A stretch of DNA of 62,587 nucleotides, from positions 1 through 62,587 of the forward strand of contig JBFLWV010000010.1 of the NCBI GenBank assembly GCA_040757655.1, written 5' to 3'. Below the pieces are notes generated by a model. It made no database searches, had not been told where the DNA came from, and saw nothing but the letters and a program-made list of their open reading frames with translations. The position numbers and the translations under genes are program-made. Of the stretch, positions 8,706 through 17,704 are shown one piece after another. Numbering within the stretch: position 1 is the first letter of the stretch; each line of letters starts with the position of its first letter. This DNA comes from Patescibacteria group bacterium. GTDB taxonomy: Bacteria; Patescibacteriota; Patescibacteriia; 2-02-FULL-49-11.

Positions 8706-9830
8706 TCATCCAATCTCTCTCATCGCCAATCCTATGGCGACCGCAAACCGTGGTCCGAGCTCTTCGAGCGCGGGACGAAGTTCTGTCGGATAAATCACCC
8801 GCGCCCAGGGATCACCCACAAATACTTTAATCGCGAGCAGACGCGAAAGATAATCAGAAAGGCCGGGGAGGAATGCAGACCCTCCCGTGAGAATAATCTT
8901 TGACACATGCCCTATGCCCTCTTGAGAACGGTAGAGATCAAAGCAATATTTCAATTCATTGATGATAGGGTTAATACTTGTCTCAATGGTCTTTAAGATT
9001 CCACCATCGCCTTGGCCGGTAAAACCGATGTCCCGTTTAAACTGTTCTGCGCGCATAGTATCCACCCCCAAGCTCCCTGCAATCATTTTGGTAATGGAAG
9101 TACCTCCCACATCCACACTCCTATTCAAAAGTGGTATCCCCTTTTCGACAATAATGATATTTGAGGTGAGCGCCCCAATGTCAACGATCATGATAGCGTT
9201 AGGGTCATTCCCCACGAGCGACCGCTCAAGCGCAAAAGATTCTGTCTCCAGCCCCACCAGTTCCAACCCTGCTTCTTTAAAGAGCGCCACATAGCGTTCA
9301 ACTAAATTCTTAGGAGCTGCGGTAAGAAGAACTCTCACACTCCCTTGCTTTTCCTCGGGCTTTTGCGGCGTCTCCTTTTCTGGAGACGCGGGTACCTTTG
9401 ATGCCGCCGGTGAAAGAAGGTGAGAAGGCGAGGGCGGGTTGCTTCCTTCCGGTAACATTTTCCAATCAATAACCATTTCATCAATTGGAAGCGGTACGAT
9501 CTTCTTCGCTTCCCACTGTACGGCTTGCGCAAGGTCCTTTTTCGACATCTGTGGAAGACTCATAATAGAGCTAAAGACCGAGAAGTTTGGAAGGGCGGAT
9601 ACTGTTTTTTTCGTGGTGGTCTTTGCCTTCTCCAGCACTGCGTGAAGAAGGCCAATAACCTGTTTCCTCATCTCCTCGGAGCTCGCCTTCACAAGGTCAG
9701 TGGATTGCTCCACAAACCCATACGTGAATAAACGCGCCCGGCCATGTTCATTGCTCAATTCCACTACTTTAATATTCGCAGAGCTTATATCGACGCCCAA
9801 ATAATGTTCTCGGCTCGCAAAGAATCCCAT
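8706..9830 (-). CDS. pilM: Type IV pilus assembly protein PilM (actin-like ATPase fold)
   Basis: N-terminus LGVDISSANIKVVEL, then DIGALTSNI and ILTGGSA motifs typical of PilM/FtsA-like proteins. Confidence 0.9.
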   Translation of the reverse strand: MGFFASREHYLGVDISSANIKVVELSNEHGRARLFTYGFVEQSTDLVKASSEEMRKQVIGLLHAVLEKAKTTTKKTVSALPNFSVFSSIMSLPQMSKKDLAQAVQWEAKKIVPLPIDEMVIDWKMLPEGSNPPSPSHLLSPAASKVPASPEKETPQKPEEKQGSVRVLLTAAPKNLVERYVALFKEAGLELVGLETESFALERSLVGNDPNAIMIVDIGALTSNIIIVEKGIPLLNRSVDVGGTSITKMIAGSLGVDTMRAEQFKRDIGFTGQGDGGILKTIETSINPIINELKYCFDLYRSQEGIGHVSKIILTGGSAFLPGLSDYLSRLLAIKVFVGDPWARVIYPTELRPALEELGPRFAVAIGLAMREIG

Positions 9831-9923
9831 ATGACAAATATGAATCCTCCCCCTGTCGCGTACGGCAGGCTCACTGGAAATGTATGAAAAAAGTATGTGT
9901 ACCTTAAGAATTTATACATCCAA

Positions 9924-9952
9924 ATTATAGCACAAATTGCTCTCTGTGTCTA
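9924..9952 (-). promoter_or_regulatory. Candidate promoter of the pilM-led operon
   Basis: Minus strand reads TAGACA-17 nt-TGcTATAAT. This is 5/6 on the -35 and a perfect extended -10, about 90 nt upstream of the pilM ATG. Confidence 0.5.
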
Positions 9953-9989
9953 AAAAGGGATTGGTACGTGCTCACTGATTGTGACTCAG

Positions 9990-10107
9990 GAAGCGAGGGA
10001 ATCGCGATTTTTGAGGGCTCTCATCGTCCCGCGTGAGAATCGCGGCCCGAAAAAATCGTCGTACCCTGAGCGTATTGCCGCGATGGAGATGGTCAGTGAG
10101 CATTTAC
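9990..10107 (+). repeat. 140-bp dispersed repeat, copy B (more diverged at its 3' part)
   Basis: Shares gaatcgcgatttttgagggctctcatcgtcccgcgtgagaatcgcgg...cgtcgtac.ctgagcgt with copies A and C. Confidence 0.75.
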
Positions 10108-10111
10108 GGGA

Positions 10112-10140
10112 TTGACTTATTCAAAAAAAACATCATAATA
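10112..10140 (+). promoter_or_regulatory. Candidate clpC promoter positioned for a leaderless or near-leaderless mRNA
   Basis: TTGACT-16/17 nt-CATAAT. The ATG at 10147 lies about 7 nt after the -10. Confidence 0.45.
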
Positions 10141-10146
10141 AGACCT

Positions 10147-12636
10147 ATGAGAGAAGACTCTATCCTCAATAAATTTACGTCGCACTATCAACACGTGATA
10201 AGCATAGCACATCGCTTTGCGATGCATGCCCATACTCCCACCATCGAACCCATCCATATTTTATGGGGGTTGGCCAGTGAAGCCGGCTCGCTCGCGCATG
10301 AAATTCTCCAAAAAGCAGGTCTTCCCACTCCCTCTCTTCCGCAAGAAGAGATAAAAAATGTGACAGGATCTGTCTTTGCCCTCCCTCTTACCGACACGGT
10401 AAAAACGCTTATAAAAAAATCAGTGCTTGCCGCTTCCCATTATCGCCATAAATACATCGGCACAGAACACCTCCTCTTAGGGCTTCTCAATGTGAGAGAT
10501 GCACGGGTCGAACGTGCCCTGCAGGAACATCACATTGATCTACGCCTGCTTAAAAAACAGGCAGTACTCGTCATGAAGTCTACCTCAAGGTTTCCTGACC
10601 TCACCCACGTAATCACCCATGATGAAATAGAAGAGGAGGAAGATATCCGAACCCACGCACCGAAGACAAAAACGCCCGCGCTTGATTTTTTTGCGAACGA
10701 GCTCACCTCTGACGCGACGCAGGCGCGCCTCGACCCAGTCGTGGGCCGCGCGAGAGAAATCAATCGCATCATCCACATCCTCTCCCGTAAGACAAAAAAT
10801 AACCCCATTCTCCTCGGTGATCCGGGAGTTGGGAAAACGGCGATTGTCGAAGGCCTTGCCAAGCGTATCGGGGAAGGTAAGGTGCCAGACTTGCTCCTGC
10901 GCAAACGCATTTATAGCCTTGACCTGACGCTCCTCGTTGCGGGCACCATGTACCGCGGCGAGTTTGAATCGCGCATCAAACAGGTACTCGATGAAGTGCG
11001 CGCAGACCCCAATATCATCCTCTTTATTGATGAGATCCATAATATCATTGGCGCTGGGTCTGCCTCGGGATCGCTTGATGTGGCCAATATTTTGAAACCG
11101 GCGCTCGCACGAGGAGAAATACACTGTATCGGCGCGACGACCTATGAGGAATACAAACAGCACCTCGAAACTGACCCAGCCCTTGAACGCCGCTTCCAGG
11201 CGATACAGGTGAACGAGCCTTCAGTGGAGGAAGCCATAGAAATCCTCAAAGGGGTGAAAGCGTCGTACGAAGCGCATCACCACGTGAGTGTGGAGGACGA
11301 TGCGCTTGTTGCGGCGGCTCAACTTTCCGCACAATACTTGCCTGAAAAACGCCTCCCTGACAAAGCAATTGACTTGATTGATGAAGCGGCTGCCATGAAA
11401 CGTGTGCGCAGTCCAGGAAGCTCCTCCTTACGCGAACTGCGGAATAAAGAATCTGCACTCGAAAAGGTAAAGAGAGAAAAGGAAGAAGCGGTAAGAAAGG
11501 AAAATTTTCCCCTCGCTTTGAAGAAGAAAGAGGAGGAGAGAGCCCTTGCTGCCGCCATTGCGGAATTGCATAAAAATGAGCGGGAATACGAATCAGACGT
11601 CACGCGCTATGGGAACGTAAACCGAGACGACATTATCCATGTGCTTTCAGATATCACTGGCATCCCTTTAGGGAAAATTGAGGAGGAAGAGCGTGGGCAT
11701 TTGGTAAACTTGGAAACACTTCTCCGTGAAAGGATTATCGGCCAGGAAGAAGTGCTCCATGAACTCGCAAGCTTTATCAGGCGTTCGCGCGCAGGGCTTG
11801 CGGGCGACACACGTCCTTTAGGTTCGTTTATGTTCCTCGGACCCTCGGGGGTGGGTAAAACAGAAACAGCAAAAGTGCTCGCGGAAGTCATGTCCCACGA
11901 CCCCCAAGCCTTCATCCGCTTCGACATGTCAGAATTCAGCGAGAGTTTTAATATCTCAAAACTCATCGGCGCGCCTGCAGGATATGTGGGATACCGGGAA
12001 GGCGGAAAACTTACCGAACTCGTCAGGCGCAAACCCTTCTCAGTTATCCTCTTTGATGAAATCGAAAAAGCGCACCCTGATGTGTTTAATCTCTTCCTCT
12101 CTATCCTCGATGAAGGATTTGTTATGGACGCGGCGGGGCGGCGAGTGAATTTCCGTAATACTATCATTATCATGACTTCCAATATTGGACTCTCCTCCTT
12201 TAACGCAAGCGCGGCGTTGGGATTCTCATCTTCAGGTAATAAGGGCGGAGGATGGGAACAAACAAAATTACAAGTTATGGGCGAACTGCAGGAGCGGTTC
12301 CACGCGGAATTCTTAAACCGCATTGACCGCATCCTGATCTTCCGTCCCCTCACCATTGCGTCACTTACCTTAATCACAGAACAACAACTCCGCCAACTCC
12401 AGGCACAGTTAGCAAAACAATCCATTGTGCTGGAGTGGAATAAAAAGGGAGTCGATCTTATCACGAAGCTTTCCCAGAGTCCGACTGAGGGCGCAAGAAA
12501 AATATCTCGGGTTTTGAGGAAGGAGGTGGAAGATCCTGTGACTGATCTTCTGCTTACGCACAAAGTAAACGCCGGCGCAGTGATTCGCGTAGGGGTACGA
12601 AAAAACACTATCGTTATTGTGAACTCAAAAAAATAA
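10147..12636 (+). CDS. clpC: ClpC/ClpA-type AAA+ unfoldase (two ATPase modules, Clp_N repeats, ClpP-docking LGF loop)
   Basis: Walker A motifs [15 protein letters not shown] and [15 protein letters not shown], a short middle domain and an ALGFSS loop. The ATG at 10147 is preferred, because the ORF 5' extension covers repeat copy B. Confidence 0.9.
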   Translation: MREDSILNKFTSHYQHVISIAHRFAMHAHTPTIEPIHILWGLASEAGSLAHEILQKAGLPTPSLPQEEIKNVTGSVFALPLTDTVKTLIKKSVLAASHYRHKYIGTEHLLLGLLNVRDARVERALQEHHIDLRLLKKQAVLVMKSTSRFPDLTHVITHDEIEEEEDIRTHAPKTKTPALDFFANELTSDATQARLDPVVGRAREINRIIHILSRKTKNNPILLGDPGVGKTAIVEGLAKRIGEGKVPDLLLRKRIYSLDLTLLVAGTMYRGEFESRIKQVLDEVRADPNIILFIDEIHNIIGAGSASGSLDVANILKPALARGEIHCIGATTYEEYKQHLETDPALERRFQAIQVNEPSVEEAIEILKGVKASYEAHHHVSVEDDALVAAAQLSAQYLPEKRLPDKAIDLIDEAAAMKRVRSPGSSSLRELRNKESALEKVKREKEEAVRKENFPLALKKKEEERALAAAIAELHKNEREYESDVTRYGNVNRDDIIHVLSDITGIPLGKIEEEERGHLVNLETLLRERIIGQEEVLHELASFIRRSRAGLAGDTRPLGSFMFLGPSGVGKTETAKVLAEVMSHDPQAFIRFDMSEFSESFNISKLIGAPAGYVGYREGGKLTELVRRKPFSVILFDEIEKAHPDVFNLFLSILDEGFVMDAAGRRVNFRNTIIIMTSNIGLSSFNASAALGFSSSGNKGGGWEQTKLQVMGELQERFHAEFLNRIDRILIFRPLTIASLTLITEQQLRQLQAQLAKQSIVLEWNKKGVDLITKLSQSPTEGARKISRVLRKEVEDPVTDLLLTHKVNAGAVIRVGVRKNTIVIVNSKK

Positions 12637-12645
12637 ATTCTCTTT

Positions 12646-13413
12646 GTGTCGATTGACAACCGCTCACTGCTCCGACATCTCACTTCCTTGAGTAAATCTT
12701 TTGCCTCTACGGCACTCAACCTCATCACTCCCCGCGAATGTTTCCACTGCGGGAGGGTGGGGGCGTGGCTCTGTGAGCGATGCACGGCGTCTTTCCCGCT
12801 TCTTCATCCCATTCCCTGTCCTCTCTGCCGGCGACCTACCACGCGAGGCAGCGCTCATAGTCAGTGCAGAAAAAAGTTGGGGCTGGAGGGATGCTTGTTG
12901 GCTGCCGATCTGTCCAATCGGATGTTGGAGCAACTGCTCTATGGGCTTAAATACCATGGGCTCCAATCAGCTGCCATGCTATGTGCACGCCTCCTTGCGC
13001 GCGTGCTCTCTGAATATACTCCACTCTCCGGACTCGCAGACCGCAACGCTGCAGTCCTCTGCCCTATTCCGCTCCATCCACAGCGTGCGCGGGAACGCGG
13101 CTATAACCAGGCAGACTTGATTAGTAACGCGCTCTCGTATGAACTCTCGCTTCCCACCAGAGCGCTCCTCACGCGCACGCGTGCGACCAGAGACCAAGTG
13201 AAATTAAACCGTGCGCAGCGGCTCCAGAACCTTACAGGCGCATTTGAGCCATATAAAAACGCAACACTGCAGGAAGAGGTGGTGTTTCTTGTTGACGACG
13301 TCGTTACCAGCGGTGCAACTATGCACGCGGCAGCATCCGCGCTGCGGACGCAATGGCCGCACCTCACCATCTGGGGGCTCGCAGTAGCCTACCACGCACG
13401 TATTGAAAAGTAA
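12646..13413 (+). CDS. comF: ComF family protein (ComFC-like phosphoribosyltransferase with N-terminal Cys4 motif)
   Basis: CFHCG..CERC..CPLC zinc-finger-like cysteines and the PRTase motif VVFLVDDVVTSGATM. GTG start. Confidence 0.85.
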   Translation: MSIDNRSLLRHLTSLSKSFASTALNLITPRECFHCGRVGAWLCERCTASFPLLHPIPCPLCRRPTTRGSAHSQCRKKLGLEGCLLAADLSNRMLEQLLYGLKYHGLQSAAMLCARLLARVLSEYTPLSGLADRNAAVLCPIPLHPQRARERGYNQADLISNALSYELSLPTRALLTRTRATRDQVKLNRAQRLQNLTGAFEPYKNATLQEEVVFLVDDVVTSGATMHAAASALRTQWPHLTIWGLAVAYHARIEK

Positions 13414-13421
13414 CCATTCAG

Positions 13422-13561
13422 TGTTTCCCGGAACGCGAAGAGAATCGCGATTTTTGAGGGCTCTCATCGTCCCGCGTGAGAATCGCGGAGAAGAAAAAAC
13501 GTCGTACGCTGAGCGTTCTGCCGTTGATAGGGGAAATGTTTGGGAAGAGGTGAATACTTAC
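13422..13561 (+). repeat. 140-bp dispersed repeat, copy C
   Basis: Near-identical to the reverse complement of 1009..1148. Confidence 0.85.
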
Positions 13562-13572
13562 ATTGAAAAAAC

Positions 13573-13601
13573 TTGATAATTCTGGTCATTTCTCGTATCC
13601 T
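13573..13601 (+). promoter_or_regulatory. Candidate promoter of the tRNA-Ser cluster
   Basis: TTGATA-17 nt-TATCCT, immediately after repeat copy C. Confidence 0.35.
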
Positions 13602-13669
13602 TCACTCATGGGAAGATATTAAGGAGAGGTGGCTGATCCAGCGTAGCAGGACCCAATCCGCACTTTTAT

Positions 13670-13756
13670 GGAAGGGTGGCTGAGTGGCCGAAAGCGGCGC
13701 CGTGCTAAGGCGTTAGGGATGAAAGTCCCTCGTGAGTTCGAATCTCACCCCTTCCG
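13670..13756 (+). tRNA. tRNA-Ser (anticodon GCU), long variable arm, no encoded CCA
   Basis: Acceptor ggaaggg/cccttcc, anticodon stem gcgcc/ggcgt with loop gtGCTaa, variable arm tagggatgaaagtccctc, T arm gtgag-ttcgaat-ctcac. Confidence 0.9.
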
Positions 13757-13907
13757 AATGAGTACAACGAATGAGGAGAGAGCGAGCCAACTGCTTGGCT
13801 CGCGTGGTGGATTCGAACGCCAGAGCGATGTGCGACGAGCTCAAGAGGCGAGGAGCGCCGCGAGGCGGTGGCTCACCCGAGGAGGCGGAAGCCGACGAGA
13901 GGTGAAG

Positions 13908-13929
13908 CCGAATCTCACCCCTTCCGAAT
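13908..13929 (+). repeat. Duplicated 3' end of tRNA-Ser(GCU) (cgaatctcaccccttccgaat)
   Basis: A 22-nt exact copy of 13739..13760, lying about 150 bp downstream of the intact gene. Confidence 0.8.
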
Positions 13930-13955
13930 CATCAAAATCTACTCGCACAAATCCA

Positions 13956-14040
13956 GGAGGGGTCGCATAGCGGTTTAGTGCACCGGTCTTGAAAACCGGA
14001 GTACCGCAAGGTACCGTGAGTTCGAATCTCACCCCCTCCG
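13956..14040 (+). tRNA. tRNA-Ser (anticodon UGA), no encoded CCA
   Basis: Acceptor ggagggg/cccctcc, anticodon stem ccggt/accgg with loop ctTGAaa, variable arm gtaccgcaaggtac, T arm gtgag-ttcgaat-ctcac. Confidence 0.9.
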
Positions 14041-14068
14041 AATAATTAACAATCTTACACATTGCTCT

Positions 14069-14554
14069 ATGCCTGATAACAACCCCGCCTTCTCCTATCC
14101 CCTCGCGTGGTCCTTCCCAGAATACCCAAAACATGAGAGGAGCGTAGTGTGGTTCATTTTCGCTCTCCTCATCGGCGGCGGTCTCTTTGCATTCGCGCTT
14201 CTTTCGGCAAACTACTTATTTGCGAGCATTATTATCTTCATCGCCCTCATCATTGCGCTCCAACACTTCCGCCGCCCCCTTACGATTGACTTTTCCATCA
14301 CGGAAGATGGCATCGCACTTGCAGGGAAACAGGTGCCCTGGAAAGACATCAAATCCTTTTGGATGATCTATGAACCGCCGGAGATAAAAATGCTCTATTT
14401 TACCTTCAAAGGATTCCGCCCAACTTTGAAAATCCCACTCATAGACCAAAACCCACTCCACATCCGCGAAGCACTGAGCCCTTATGTGGAAGAAGATCTG
14501 GAAAAAGAAAACGAATCATTTTCAGACGCGGTGGGAAGGATGTTTAAGCTCTAG
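14069..14554 (+). CDS. Small membrane protein with two N-terminal TM helices and a PH-like C-terminal part (hypothetical)
   Basis: VVWFIFALLIGGGLFAFALL and YLFASIIIFIALIIAL hydrophobic helices. No catalytic motifs recognised. Confidence 0.55.
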   Translation: MPDNNPAFSYPLAWSFPEYPKHERSVVWFIFALLIGGGLFAFALLSANYLFASIIIFIALIIALQHFRRPLTIDFSITEDGIALAGKQVPWKDIKSFWMIYEPPEIKMLYFTFKGFRPTLKIPLIDQNPLHIREALSPYVEEDLEKENESFSDAVGRMFKL

Positions 14555-14560
14555 CGAGCT

Positions 14561-14648
14561 TAAATCCCAAGTTCAAAATTCCAATGTCAAATTCGATATT
14601 TGAACTTTGGATTTTATTTGACATTTGACATTGGGATTTGGGATTTTC
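14561..14648. repeat. Palindromic intergenic simple-repeat element
   Basis: Left arm aaatcccaagttcaaaattccaatgtcaaat; right arm atttgaactttggattttatttgacatttgacattgggatttgggattt. Confidence 0.8.
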
Positions 14649-14656
14649 CAAGATGT

Positions 14657-14734
14657 GCCCTTGTCGTTCAACGGACCCCGCACGAGAGCTCACTTTGTTC
14701 GCACAGTACGGGGCAAGTAGGACACAGGATTGCG
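14657..14734 (+). pseudogene. Partial tRNA-Arg(GCG) copy: 5' half with a 42-nt insertion in the D loop, truncated in the anticodon loop
   Basis: gcccttgtcgttcaacgga + 42-nt insert (14676..14717) + taggacacaggattgcg matches the intact gene at 14827. The sequence then diverges. Confidence 0.7.
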
Positions 14735-14753
14735 CCTGCCCGCCATCACTTAA

Positions 14754-14801
14754 GCCACTATAGTTCAACGGGTAGAACGCGAGATTGCGGATCTCATGAT
14801 C
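14754..14801 (+). pseudogene. Second degenerate tRNA-Arg-like fragment (D arm, anticodon arm with GCG, no T arm)
   Basis: gccactatagttcaacgggtagaacgcgagattgcggatctcatgatc. It has the D loop and the ttGCGga loop but no T stem-loop. Confidence 0.55.
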
Positions 14802-14826
14802 CAAGCCCGCCCCGCATCAACACCAC

Positions 14827-14898
14827 GCCCTTGTCGTTCAACGGATAGGACACAGGATTGCGGATCCTGTAATCGAGGTTCGATTCCTCGCAAGGGCA
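14827..14898 (+). tRNA. tRNA-Arg (anticodon GCG)
   Basis: Acceptor gcccttg/caagggc, anticodon stem cagga/tcctg with loop ttGCGga, T arm cgagg-ttcgatt-cctcg. Confidence 0.88.
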
Positions 14899-14940
14899 AT
14901 TGGTGCGGGGTGAAATTCCCCGCGGCGGCAATGGCACTTT

Positions 14941-14968
14941 GAAACCCTATAAATGGGTTTCGTTTTGT
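14941..14968 (+). terminator. Rho-independent terminator after the tRNA cluster
   Basis: gaaaccc-tataaat-gggtttc followed by gttttgtt. Confidence 0.6.
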
Positions 14969-15007
14969 TAAGTTGATATTTTCTCATAAGACCATCATAC
15001 TAATATC

Positions 15008-17215
15008 ATGCACGCAATGACGCTCTCCCCACCTCTTACCGAGCTCGGACTAATGGGGAAACGGCTCGCTTCCCGATTACGAAAACTCGGTATCGCAACC
15101 ATCGAACACCTGCTCTATCACTTTCCATTCCGCTACGAAGACTGGTCGCGAGTGGCGCCCATAAAAAATCTCACCCCAGGAATGCAGGCCACGGTGAGCG
15201 CGACGGTACAAACGATTTCATTCCGCCCGGGGAGGTGGAGGATAAAACCAGCAACAGAAGCGCTCCTTAAGGACCAAAACGGCGACTCTATTCGTGCCGT
15301 CTGGTTCAACGCACCCTACTTAGTAAAAACGCTTCCCCCCGGCACCGCGCTCTTGCTTTCGGGGAAAATTGATCGCGCAGGCAACGCGCTCCGGCTCACC
15401 CATCCCATGTGGGAAAAAAGCACAACCCAGGCGCCGACGCACACGGCGCGATTGGTTCCTATTTACCATACGACTGCTACGCTTTCCCAGAAACAAATCC
15501 GTGCGCTTATCTCTATTGCGCTGAAACGTGTCTCCGCGATTCCTGATTCGCTGCCTTCATGGATAAGGGCGAGTGCTAAACTCATACCCCTTGACCAGGC
15601 GCTGCGCACCATCCACTTCCCTTCCTCATGGGCGAATTTAAGCGCCGCACAAACTCGTCTCAAATTTGATGAATTGTTCTTCCTGCAGCTGCGCGGCGCG
15701 CTTGCCCGGCACGAGCTTACCACGCTCAGGAGTATTTCTATTCCATTCAATGAATCATTGACGCGATCCTTTGTCGCCCGCCTCCCTTTCAAACTCACCA
15801 CCGCGCAGCGCAAGGCAACGTGGGAAATTATCAAAGACCTTGGGAAAGATGCCCCAATGAACCGCCTCTTGGAAGGCGATGTGGGATCGGGAAAAACAGT
15901 GGCCGCAGCGATCGCTGCCCTCAACGTGGTCGCAGGCGGTTTTCAGGTGGCCTACCTTGCGCCCACGGCTATCCTCGCGGCACAACAATTCGAGACGTTT
16001 TGCCGGCTCTTCACCCACCCATCCCCCCCTTGCCAAGGGGGGGGCAAAAGGGGGGTATCTTTCACGATCGCGCTCATCACGCAAGGCGATATACGCCTTC
16101 GGCAAATCCAAAATCCAAAGCTTGTCCCGAGCCAAGTCGCGGGATCCAAAATCCAAAATGATGGAAACTACGAAAAAATATCCAAACATGAGTTGGCGAT
16201 ATACCTGCAACAAGGGAAAATCAATATCGCCATCGGCACGCACGCCTTGCTTTCTGAATACGTGCAATTCAATAACCTCGCGCTGGTCATTGTGGACGAA
16301 CAACATAGATTCGGAGTCAAGCAACGCCATGCGTTGCTTCGCGGATCAACGCAGATAGACACGCAGGTCAACGCAGATGGTGCATTTACGCCACATTTGC
16401 TTTCGATGACGGCAACGCCTATCCCGCGCTCGCTCGCCTTGGTCGCCTACGCTGACCTAGATCTCTCTATCATCAACGAACGCCCTTTGGGCCGCGCGCC
16501 GATCACGACAAAAATCATTCCCGCTGAATACCGTAAAGACGCCTACGAGCTCATCCATCAAGAACTCGCCGCTGGTCATCAGGCATTCATCATCTGTCCG
16601 CTCATTGATCCTTCTGACTCTTTGGGCGTGAAATCGGTAAAGGAGGAATCAGAGCGGCTGCAGAGGGAACACTTCCCCCATGCGAAACTTGCCGCGCTCC
16701 ACGGCCGCATGGCGCCGCAAAAGAAAGATGCGATTATGAAAGACTTCGCAGAAGGAAAGATCCAGGTGCTGGTATCCACACCCGTGGTTGAAGTGGGTAT
16801 TGACGTGCCAAATGCCACGGTCATTCTCATTGAGAGTGCGGAACGCTTTGGACTTGCTCAGCTCCACCAGCTCCGCGGCCGGGTGGGAAGAAGCACCTAT
16901 CCCTCGTGGTGCCTGCTCGCGACCGACACCGAACAGGAAGAAGCCCTCAAACGCCTCCATGCAGTCGTTACGTCCCGCGATGGATTTGCGCTCGCTGAAA
17001 TTGACCTTGCAATGCGCGGGCCTGGCGAGGTGTATGGCACAGAGCAATCAGGTTTTCTCGACACGCTAAAAATCGCCAAACTCACTGATGTAATTATCCT
17101 TAAACAATCAAAAGACGCAGTGGACAGGCTTCTGTCACAAGATCCATGCCTTGAACGGCATCCGGCACTGCAAAAACAGCTCGCAACGCTAGAACAAACC
17201 CTCCATCTTGAATGA
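15008..17215 (+). CDS. recG: ATP-dependent DNA helicase RecG, carrying repeat-derived in-frame insertions
   Basis: Wedge domain, helicase motifs GDVGSGKT, DEQHRFG and QLHQLRGRVGR. 735 aa. Confidence 0.95.
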   Translation: MHAMTLSPPLTELGLMGKRLASRLRKLGIATIEHLLYHFPFRYEDWSRVAPIKNLTPGMQATVSATVQTISFRPGRWRIKPATEALLKDQNGDSIRAVWFNAPYLVKTLPPGTALLLSGKIDRAGNALRLTHPMWEKSTTQAPTHTARLVPIYHTTATLSQKQIRALISIALKRVSAIPDSLPSWIRASAKLIPLDQALRTIHFPSSWANLSAAQTRLKFDELFFLQLRGALARHELTTLRSISIPFNESLTRSFVARLPFKLTTAQRKATWEIIKDLGKDAPMNRLLEGDVGSGKTVAAAIAALNVVAGGFQVAYLAPTAILAAQQFETFCRLFTHPSPPCQGGGKRGVSFTIALITQGDIRLRQIQNPKLVPSQVAGSKIQNDGNYEKISKHELAIYLQQGKINIAIGTHALLSEYVQFNNLALVIVDEQHRFGVKQRHALLRGSTQIDTQVNADGAFTPHLLSMTATPIPRSLALVAYADLDLSIINERPLGRAPITTKIIPAEYRKDAYELIHQELAAGHQAFIICPLIDPSDSLGVKSVKEESERLQREHFPHAKLAALHGRMAPQKKDAIMKDFAEGKIQVLVSTPVVEVGIDVPNATVILIESAERFGLAQLHQLRGRVGRSTYPSWCLLATDTEQEEALKRLHAVVTSRDGFALAEIDLAMRGPGEVYGTEQSGFLDTLKIAKLTDVIILKQSKDAVDRLLSQDPCLERHPALQKQLATLEQTLHLE

Positions 17216-17286
17216 CTCCGTATAACCACATTTTACCTGCTTCACGCCATCCCGTACTGGACTTCACGTGATCCAGCAGAAAGGGA

Positions 17287-17532
17287 TCACTTATTGACGA
17301 TCGTCAATTGTTGATCCCTCTGCCGCCCAAACCGTGTCAACACCCCAATCATCCAATCTTGGTTTGATAAAAGCACGTCACACTTTTTGTCATGTTCGGA
17401 AATTTTCTCATTCATCTCCATTACACTCTTATGGGTATTCACAACAACTCCCAATACCCGCTGAAGCGTCTCATCCATTTTCTTTAATTGGTCATTCTCC
17501 ATAGTATTTTTCAAGTATCCCCATTGTATCAT
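17287..17532 (-). CDS. Small coiled-coil hypothetical protein
   Basis: 81-aa ORF with no recognisable motif. Coding status uncertain. Confidence 0.35.
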   Translation of the reverse strand: MIQWGYLKNTMENDQLKKMDETLQRVLGVVVNTHKSVMEMNEKISEHDKKCDVLLSNQDWMIGVLTRFGRQRDQQLTIVNK

Positions 17533-17660
17533 AGATCATCCCTACGTCTCCAAGGCATGATGCCCTCCCACCGTCCTTCCAATCTGCAAGATTGAACTAA
17601 TGATGTAGAATAGTGTGCTTTGCCCTGTAATGCTCTCAAGAGATTCTATGGGGCTTTGCG

Positions 17661-17696
17661 CTCCTGCCCTGAGCAATCAGTGCATTTTGAATAAAC
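17661..17696 (+). repeat. 36-bp direct repeat, left copy, flanking the AbiEii cassette
   Basis: ctcctgccctgagcaatcagtgcattttgaataaac versus ctcctccccctgagcaatcagtgcattttgagtaaac at 18753..18789. Confidence 0.85.
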
Positions 17697-17704
17697 TATA
17701 AAAG

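Noticed and set aside
11607-12785. 392-aa ORF antisense to clpC, with similar long antisense ORFs at 2758-3522, 10585-11163, 15755-16330 and 23377-23940.
   Set aside because: They fully overlap genes with unmistakable conserved motifs on the other strand. Their translations are low-complexity (Ser/Arg/Pro-rich) with no motifs. These are typical shadow ORFs.
13668-13970. 100-aa ORF across the tRNA-Ser region.
   Set aside because: It overlaps a canonical tRNA-Ser gene and the duplicated tRNA end, with no independent coding evidence.
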